DNA from: an uncultured Comamonadaceae bacterium | GTDB lineage: Bacteria > Bacteroidota > Bacteroidia > Flavobacteriales_D > Sanyastnellaceae | Length of the DNA stretch: 64,000 nucleotides | Direction of reading: 5' to 3' | Assembly (NCBI GenBank): GCA_964405405.1 | Contig: CAYONT010000002.1 | Location: 77,907-141,906 of the forward strand | Shown here: piece by piece, positions 56,237 through 62,614 of the stretch | Layout: the number at the start of each line of letters is the position of its first letter | How positions within the stretch are numbered: the stretch's first letter is position 1 | Translations under genes and position numbers: made by a program | The notes under the pieces: generated by a model | What the model was told of the DNA's origin: nothing | The model's input: the letters and a program-made list of their open reading frames with translations, nothing else | The model's database searches: none

Positions 56237-57270
56237 CAGCGCGCGGGAAGCTGCTTCAACGGTCTGACCCCGCCTGCGTACATCCGCTCAATGATGTCCA
56301 CCACTTTGAGTCCTTCGAGGGCGTTGGTGGCGATGCGGCTTTCGCCACGCAAGGCAGCGACGACATTTTCAAATACATGGCCGTGGTTCGCCGCAGAGCC
56401 CTTATAGTGCCCGTAGTCATTGGCGGGGTTGCCAGCGGGCAACTCGGGCATGGTGTATCCAGCGATGTCACAATACGTGACCTCGTTCATGTATTGCCCG
56501 CCCACCTTGATGGTGCCGTGTTCTGCGATGACGGTCAAGCTGCTTTCATAATTCGTGCGGTCCACCGAAGTCGAGAAATGAAAGGAACCCAAGCCCCCCC
56601 GAACAAAGGCGAAGTTGATCATGCCGCTGTCCTCAAACTCCGTGTTGTGGGCGTGGGAAAAATCCTCAAATCGGCTGGAAATCTGGTGGATATCTCCAAA
56701 AAGCCAGTACATGATGTCCACAAAATGGCTGAATTGCGTGAAAAGCGTGCCACCGTCCCATTCCAATGTCCCCTTCCAAGGGATGGCGCCGTAATAGCGG
56801 TCATCTCGGTTCCAGAAACACTGGACATGGACCATGCGAATGGCACCCAATCGCCCCGATTCCACCATGTCTTTGAGCCATACCGAAGGAGGAGAATATC
56901 GGTTCTGCATGACGCAAAAAACCTGTTTCCCTCGGCTTAGGGCCTCGTACAAGACCGCCTCGCATTCCTGTCGGTTGAGCGCCATCGGCTTTTCGATGAC
57001 CACGTGTTTTCCTGCCCGCAGTGCCTCCAACGCTTGGGCACCATGCATGCCGTTGGGCGTACAGATGCAGACCACGTCTAACTGGTCGCCCCTCTCACGC
57101 AACAACTCGGAAATGTCGTTGTAAAAGGGTTCGGGGCCCTGCCAACCACACTCTGCTGCGGATCGAACGTCCGCCAGCCCCACCAAGCTACAACCTTCTT
57201 GCCGCCGAATCATCTCGGCATGGCGCTTGCCGATGTGGCCTGCACCCACGACCCCAAATCGAAAATCCAT
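56236..57270 (-). CDS. Gfo/Idh/MocA-family NAD(P)-dependent oxidoreductase (sugar-nucleotide dehydrogenase type)
   Basis: Rossmann N-terminus FGVVGAGHIGKRH and EKP motif (VVIEKPMAL). Its stop overlaps the flippase start as TGATG. Confidence 0.85.
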   Translation of the reverse strand: MDFRFGVVGAGHIGKRHAEMIRRQEGCSLVGLADVRSAAECGWQGPEPFYNDISELLRERGDQLDVVCICTPNGMHGAQALEALRAGKHVVIEKPMALNRQECEAVLYEALSRGKQVFCVMQNRYSPPSVWLKDMVESGRLGAIRMVHVQCFWNRDDRYYGAIPWKGTLEWDGGTLFTQFSHFVDIMYWLFGDIHQISSRFEDFSHAHNTEFEDSGMINFAFVRGGLGSFHFSTSVDRTNYESSLTVIAEHGTIKVGGQYMNEVTYCDIAGYTMPELPAGNPANDYGHYKGSAANHGHVFENVVAALRGESRIATNALEGLKVVDIIERMYAGGVRPLKQLPAR

Positions 57271-57274
57271 GCGC

Positions 57275-57282
57275 CAAAAGTA
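57275..57282 (-). promoter_or_regulatory. -7 promoter box TACTTTTG for the oxidoreductase-flippase-GT operon
   Basis: Perfect TAnnTTTG on the minus strand, 4 nt upstream of ATG 57270. Confidence 0.45.
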
Positions 57283-57319
57283 CGTCCAACCGGGGGAGAC
57301 TTGTGCGGAGGGTGGCGGG

Positions 57320-59674
57320 TCAAAAAGGGAGGGCCAGGCGCTCGGAAGGGCGGAAGATGCGGTAGCCCAGTGAGAATTCCCAGAGCCAGGGATCGGGGTC
57401 CCCGTAAAAGTATTCCGCGCCGAGGGTGATCAGACCCACCGGAGATTGCAGGACCAGCCAGGATCCGGCGATCCCGCCTGGCGCCGGTGTTCGGTCGAGG
57501 AACGGGCCCTTGTCACTCTGCGCCACCCGGTCGAACGGGCGGAACAGATGACCCTCCGTCCGCCAACGGACCCGGCCGCCCACCCGGACGTCCACGATGG
57601 CTCCCAAAGCAACGAAGTTGTAACCGCGGTAGCGATCAGAGAACCGGATTCGGCTCCCGAGGGTGGGCTGGAAGGCCGTCGCTTGGATGAGACTGCCCCG
57701 GTAAGTCGGGCGCAGCAACTCGTCAGAAGCCACGACCATGCCCACCCCACCGAAGTTGATCCGGCCGTCCTCGTCGCCGAAGTACTGCTCTCCCCGGAGG
57801 ACGAGCCGCGCCCAGTTCACCGACTGCGTTGACGTATCTCCCCGGGCCAGCAAACCGTCTTCGGAGCGCTGTAGCGTTGTGGTTTGGCCTACAAAACGCT
57901 GTGCGTGCACAGCAAACGACCTGCCCGACCGGTTGAGCAACTTCTCCGGCATGTCTGCGTATCGAAACCCCCAGGCCGTTACGAAGCCCCGGAAGGTGGT
58001 GCGGTCGGTGGTGTCCACCGGGAGAAACCCCTCGCCCGGGTAGTAGTCATCCAAGGTCCGCAGGTGGGCACCGCGGAGCGTCAACTGGCCCTCCGCGCCG
58101 AGCGGAGACAGCACCGTGAGCCCGATTTGTTGCTCCGTCAGCACCATGAAGCTGGGGCGCACATCCTGGTAGAACGTGGCGAAGCTCCGAACATAGTTCC
58201 ACCGGTGCAGGAGGAACTCCGGTTGCAGCGCCAGAGCGATGGGGCCGTGTGTATCCAATCGCAGCGAAGCTTGGATGGCACTGTAAAAACTCCCGAATGC
58301 ACTGTTGATCTGAGCGGTAAACGGCACCCGGCTGAAACGGCTATACGACGCCCCCGCGTACCCAAATCCCACGGGGGATGACGAGAAACTGCCCCCGGCC
58401 CGGAAGCGTAAGTCCCTCTCCGACTTCGCCAGCACCTCCACATCGAAGCGTCCTGTTTCCCGGTTGAATCGGGCCACCGGGCGCGCGCTCGCGACGTGCT
58501 CGTCGGCGACCAGAAAGTGCAGGTTGCGTTCCAGTTGCGCGAGGCGCTTGGGCCGGCCGATGATGCGCGTTGCGTAGTGGGTTTGGCCTGGCATCAAACC
58601 CGTCACTTCCACCGAACCGATGACGAATGGCGGGAGTTGCTGCCGGTAGGTCGCCCGCCGCGCAGCCACCACCTCCGGACGGGCGGTCGCAAAGGCCTGG
58701 GTATCCGGCTGGAGGGTCAACATCATAGACCAAACACTGTCCAACAAGGCCCGTGTGGCCATCGTCCCTGCCTCTTTCGCCTCCACCACGCGATCGAATT
58801 CAAAGGTCCCCAGCGGTGTCTCGGGCCTGACGATGATCATCTCGGGACAAATGGGTTCGAAGTTTGAAGGACGGGTGATGATGCTCTCGATTTGGGCGGC
58901 CAAGTTGTCGGAATCGGGTTCGACGTTGGGCGAACTGACCAGCGAACCCAGCAGGATGTCCGGCATGAATTCGCGGTACGCGACGTCGCTCGGGAAGTTG
59001 TTGTACAGGCCGCCGTCGTACAGGTAAGCACCTTGGACCGCGATGGGTTCCAGGTAGAACGGAAAGGTCATGGAGGCCCGAACCGCGGTCGCCAGGTCGC
59101 CGTTGGAGAAGACGACGTCAGACTTGGTGGTCACGTCTGCGGCGACACAGCGGAAGGGAACGAAGAGGGCATCGAAGTCGCCGTGGGCGGCGGCGTTGGC
59201 GGGACCGAGTTCGGACATGAGGGCCCAGTCGGTCGGCAATGCGGACACCAAGTACCCCTGGGTGAACCCGCCGAGCGCCGAAAACCGGACGTCGACCATG
59301 GAAGGATCCACGGGCCCGTCGGCGAATCCGAACTGCCAAGGGGATTTTCCTTCCACCCGCTCGGCGAAGGCATCGGTTTCCAAAAGGGCCTCCATCTGGG
59401 CCGGGGACCAACCAGCGGCATAATAGGCGGCCACCAAAGCCCCCATAGAAGTGCCTGCCACATAATCGATGGGCACCCCCGCCTCCTCCAGGGTCTTGAG
59501 GAACCCGACGTGGGCCGCACCTTTCGCACCGCCCCCGCTGAGCACAACGCCCACCGTTGGTCGCGGCCCGGAGGTCGGTTGGGCCGAGGCAGTGCCGAGA
59601 GAACCGGGGAACCCGGTGGCACCCACCAGAGCCCACAGGACCAAGCAGAAACGGCGCAGCATCCGGGTATTCAC
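57320..59674 (-). CDS. Patatin-like phospholipase fused to a C-terminal Omp85/BamA-like beta-barrel
   Basis: 784 aa (GTG 59674; ATG 59662 is an alternative start). Signal peptide, patatin motifs GGGAKGAAHVG, GTSMG and YDGG. The C-terminal half has alternating beta-strand patterns and ends in an aromatic residue (...LALPF). Confidence 0.85.
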   Translation of the reverse strand: MNTRMLRRFCLVLWALVGATGFPGSLGTASAQPTSGPRPTVGVVLSGGGAKGAAHVGFLKTLEEAGVPIDYVAGTSMGALVAAYYAAGWSPAQMEALLETDAFAERVEGKSPWQFGFADGPVDPSMVDVRFSALGGFTQGYLVSALPTDWALMSELGPANAAAHGDFDALFVPFRCVAADVTTKSDVVFSNGDLATAVRASMTFPFYLEPIAVQGAYLYDGGLYNNFPSDVAYREFMPDILLGSLVSSPNVEPDSDNLAAQIESIITRPSNFEPICPEMIIVRPETPLGTFEFDRVVEAKEAGTMATRALLDSVWSMMLTLQPDTQAFATARPEVVAARRATYRQQLPPFVIGSVEVTGLMPGQTHYATRIIGRPKRLAQLERNLHFLVADEHVASARPVARFNRETGRFDVEVLAKSERDLRFRAGGSFSSSPVGFGYAGASYSRFSRVPFTAQINSAFGSFYSAIQASLRLDTHGPIALALQPEFLLHRWNYVRSFATFYQDVRPSFMVLTEQQIGLTVLSPLGAEGQLTLRGAHLRTLDDYYPGEGFLPVDTTDRTTFRGFVTAWGFRYADMPEKLLNRSGRSFAVHAQRFVGQTTTLQRSEDGLLARGDTSTQSVNWARLVLRGEQYFGDEDGRINFGGVGMVVASDELLRPTYRGSLIQATAFQPTLGSRIRFSDRYRGYNFVALGAIVDVRVGGRVRWRTEGHLFRPFDRVAQSDKGPFLDRTPAPGGIAGSWLVLQSPVGLITLGAEYFYGDPDPWLWEFSLGYRIFRPSERLALPF

Positions 59675-59709
59675 GCCGTGAAGTTAGAACGGACCGGCTT
59701 GTCCCGGCC

Positions 59710-59717
59710 TAACTTTG
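59710..59717 (+). promoter_or_regulatory. -7 promoter box TAACTTTG for the BtuF-like gene
   Basis: Perfect TAnnTTTG, 5 nt upstream of ATG 59723. Confidence 0.45.
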
Positions 59718-59722
59718 GGCGC

Positions 59723-60436
59723 ATGCGCATTGTGAGTTTGGTGCCCAGCTGGACCGAGTGGCTCTTCGATCTCGGTTGCGGGGACGAGGTGGTGGGACTG
59801 ACCACCTTCTGCGTGCACCCGCGGGATCGGTGGCGGGCCACCGCACGCGTGGGTGGGACCAAGCGGGTGCATGTGGAGCGGGTGCGTGCCCTGGCCCCGG
59901 ACCTGGTCATTGCGAACCGGGAGGAGAACGTGCGGGAGCAGGTGGAGGCCCTGGCCGAATTCGTTCCTGTGCTGCTGACCGACGTTCCGGACGTTCCGGG
60001 CGCCTGGAGCGAGATGCAGCGCATCGCAGAGGCCGTGGGCCGGGGAGCGGCGGGCCGCGTTTGGCTCGACCAAATCCAGACTGCGTGGGGCCATCCCCGC
60101 CCGGTGACCCGCCCGGTTGCCTACCTCATCTGGGCGGAACCGTGGATGGCGGCAGGCGGCGACACCTACATCGCCTCCGTCCTGCGCTGGTGGGGCGGTC
60201 AGAACATCTTCGACGCGCTGCCCCGTTACCCGACCGTAGACGGCACGGAACCCGTGTGGCAGCTGCAGCCCGAAGTGCTGCTCTCATCCGAGCCCTTTCC
60301 CTTCCAGCCCACGCACGCCGCGCCATGGCGCCAGCGGGGGCTGAACGTGCAGTTTGTAGACGGGGAGGCCTTCAGTTGGTATGGTTCCCGCATGTGGCAC
60401 GCCCGGGCGACATTGGACGCTTGGGCCCGGGGCTGA
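59723..60436 (+). CDS. Helical-backbone (class III) periplasmic-binding-protein-fold protein, BtuF/TroA-like, without signal peptide
   Basis: ORF 58892..60436 trimmed to ATG 59723 (MRIVSLVPSWTEWLFDLGCGDEVVGLT...APDLVIANREEN), the typical start of cobalamin/siderophore-binding PBPs. The part upstream of 59723 is antisense to the patatin gene. Confidence 0.7.
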   Translation: MRIVSLVPSWTEWLFDLGCGDEVVGLTTFCVHPRDRWRATARVGGTKRVHVERVRALAPDLVIANREENVREQVEALAEFVPVLLTDVPDVPGAWSEMQRIAEAVGRGAAGRVWLDQIQTAWGHPRPVTRPVAYLIWAEPWMAAGGDTYIASVLRWWGGQNIFDALPRYPTVDGTEPVWQLQPEVLLSSEPFPFQPTHAAPWRQRGLNVQFVDGEAFSWYGSRMWHARATLDAWARG

Positions 60437-60460
60437 CAGGATTTTCGGACAACCTGTCAG
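60433..60460 (+). terminator. Hairpin CTGACAGG-N12-CCTGTCAG overlapping the stop codon of the BtuF-like gene; a possible terminator or operator
   Basis: Perfect 8-bp inverted repeat. There is no clear T-tract afterwards, so terminator function is uncertain. Confidence 0.3.
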
Positions 60461-60571
60461 GATTTGGCCTAGGCGGCAGGCCAAACCCGCACAACTGTCA
60501 GCCCTCCTCCCCTCCCCCGGCTCCGGCACAGGAATTGCGTTCACCCGGTTACAAAACGAAACAACAACGCT

Positions 60572-62467
60572 ATGAGCAAAATCATCGGCATCGACCTCGG
60601 TACGACGAACAGTTGTGTCGCGGTCATGGAAGGCAACGAACCGGTTGTCATCACCAACGCAGAAGGGAAGCGCACCACCCCCTCCATCATTGGTTTCATC
60701 GCAGGCGGCGAACGCAAGGTCGGTGAACCGGCCAAGCGCCAAGCCATCACGAACCCGGAGAAGACAATCTACTCCATCAAGCGTTTCATGGGCACGGACT
60801 TCCAACAGGTATCCGAGGAGATCAAGCGGGTCCCTTACAAGGTGGTCAAAGGCGACAACAACACTCCCCGGGTGGACATCGACGGGCGACTCTACACCCC
60901 GCAGGAAATCAGTGCCATGATCCTGCAGAAGATGAAGAAGACCGCGGAAGACTACTTGGGCCAGGAAGTAACTGCTGCAGTGATCACGGTACCTGCATAT
61001 TTCAACGACGCCCAGCGCCAAGCCACCAAAGAGGCTGGAGAAATCGCCGGTCTGGAGGTGAAGCGCATCATCAACGAACCGACTGCGGCCGCCCTCGCTT
61101 ATGGCCTCGACAAAAAGCACAAGGACCAGAAAATCGTGGTCTTCGACTTGGGAGGAGGCACGCACGACGTCAGCATCTTGGAACTCGGTGACGGCGTTTT
61201 TGAGGTATTGTCCACGGATGGTGACACCCACCTCGGCGGCGATGACTTCGACCAAATCATCATCGATTGGCTGGTCGCAGAGTTCAAGTCGGACAACGGC
61301 GGCATCGACCTCTCCCGCGAGCCCATGGCCCTTCAGCGCTTGAAAGAGGCAGCTGAGAAGGCAAAGATCGAATTGTCCAGCACCACGTCGACGGAGATCA
61401 ACCTCCCCTACATCATGCCAGTGGATGGGGTACCCAAGCACTTGGTACGCACATTGAACCGAGCGAAGTTCGAACAGCTTGCTGACTCCCTCATCAAGCG
61501 AACCATCGAACCTTGTGTCTCTGCCATGAAAGCAGCGGGATTGGACAAATCCGACATCGATGAAGTCATCCTGGTTGGTGGCTCCACCCGGATTCCAGCC
61601 GTACAAGATGCGGTGAAGCAGTTCTTCGGCAAGGAGCCCTCCAAGGGGGTCAATCCGGACGAGGTGGTCGCCGTGGGTGCAGCCATCCAAGGGGGGGTTC
61701 TGACGGGCGATGTCAAGGATGTGCTTTTGCTCGATGTGACGCCGCTCTCCCTCGGCATTGAGACCATGGGGGGGGTATTTACCAAACTCATCGAGGCAAA
61801 CACCACCATCCCCACCAAGAAATCAGAAGTTTTCTCGACCGCTTCCGACAACCAGCCTTCTGTGCAAATCAAGGTCCTCCAGGGGGAGCGCGCCATGGCG
61901 CGGGACAACCGGCTGATCGGTGAATTCAACTTGGACAACATCCCGCCTGCACCACGTGGCGTTCCACAGATTGAAGTAACCTTCGACATCGATGCGAACG
62001 GAATCATCTCCGTATCTGCAAAAGACAAGGCCACCGGCAAAGAACAAAAAACCCGCATTGAGGCCAGCAGCGGCTTGAGTGCCGAAGAAATCGAACGGAT
62101 GAAGGCCGATGCCCAGGCAAATGCCGATTCCGACCGACAGGCTCGGGAGCGGGCTGATGTTCTGAACCAAGCGGACGCATTGCTCTTCCAAACAGAAAAG
62201 AACCTCAACGAGTTTGGAGACAAGATTCCTGCTGAAAAGCGTGCGGCCATCGATGATGCCATTTTGGCCTTGAAAACAGCCCACACGGCTCAGGACCTAG
62301 ACGGTTGCAAAGCCGGCATGGAACGCTTGAATGCAGCATTCCAAGCGGCCAGCCAAGACATGTATGCCCAGGGCGGACCCCAAGACGGTCAGCCAGGTGC
62401 AGGGGCCGGAGCGGGCAACACCGCGGACACAGAGGTTACCGATGTGGACTTCGAAGAAGTAAAGTAA
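60572..62467 (+). CDS. dnaK: Molecular chaperone DnaK (Hsp70)
   Basis: 631 aa. [39 protein letters not shown], and a C-terminal acidic tail ending in DVDFEEVK. Confidence 0.97.
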   Translation: MSKIIGIDLGTTNSCVAVMEGNEPVVITNAEGKRTTPSIIGFIAGGERKVGEPAKRQAITNPEKTIYSIKRFMGTDFQQVSEEIKRVPYKVVKGDNNTPRVDIDGRLYTPQEISAMILQKMKKTAEDYLGQEVTAAVITVPAYFNDAQRQATKEAGEIAGLEVKRIINEPTAAALAYGLDKKHKDQKIVVFDLGGGTHDVSILELGDGVFEVLSTDGDTHLGGDDFDQIIIDWLVAEFKSDNGGIDLSREPMALQRLKEAAEKAKIELSSTTSTEINLPYIMPVDGVPKHLVRTLNRAKFEQLADSLIKRTIEPCVSAMKAAGLDKSDIDEVILVGGSTRIPAVQDAVKQFFGKEPSKGVNPDEVVAVGAAIQGGVLTGDVKDVLLLDVTPLSLGIETMGGVFTKLIEANTTIPTKKSEVFSTASDNQPSVQIKVLQGERAMARDNRLIGEFNLDNIPPAPRGVPQIEVTFDIDANGIISVSAKDKATGKEQKTRIEASSGLSAEEIERMKADAQANADSDRQARERADVLNQADALLFQTEKNLNEFGDKIPAEKRAAIDDAILALKTAHTAQDLDGCKAGMERLNAAFQAASQDMYAQGGPQDGQPGAGAGAGNTADTEVTDVDFEEVK

Positions 62468-62482
62468 TCTCTAATAGAATGG

Positions 62483-62517
62483 AAAAGGGCGAGCCACTGG
62501 TTCGCCCTTTTTTGTTT
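62483..62517 (+). terminator. Rho-independent terminator of dnaK
   Basis: AAAAGGGCGA (62483..62492) pairs perfectly with TCGCCCTTTT (62502..62511) across a 9-nt loop, followed by a T-rich run (TTTTTTGTTTCTT). It starts 16 nt after the dnaK stop. Confidence 0.8.
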
Positions 62518-62614
62518 CTTCCATTTCGTTTTTAACCACAAGAGGGATGGACCAACTGTAGAACTTTGGTTGCATTCCGAGAGCGTTGAACATCCACCGA
62601 ATAGCCTTGTTCTC

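Noticed and set aside
58892-59722. Upstream 277 codons of ORF 58892..60436, which would give a 514-aa protein
   Set aside because: This part is antisense to the patatin gene and has a junk-like Gly/Arg/Val/His composition. The BtuF-like homology begins exactly at ATG 59723, which is preceded by a perfect -7 box 5 nt upstream.
60284-61690. 468-aa ORF on the minus strand, fully antisense to dnaK
   Set aside because: Long stop-free antisense frames opposite hsp70/dnaK are a well-known compositional artefact. The translation is low-complexity and rich in D, V, G and R, has no start context or promoter box, and dnaK itself is unambiguous.
62570-62614. In-frame TTG at 62570 as an alternative start of the RND/MMPL gene, 1 nt after a GAACTTTG box
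   Set aside because: The spacing to the box is too short to match the pattern seen elsewhere, and ATG 62615 gives a normal N-terminus ahead of the first TM helix. I kept ATG 62615, but the start has not been verified.
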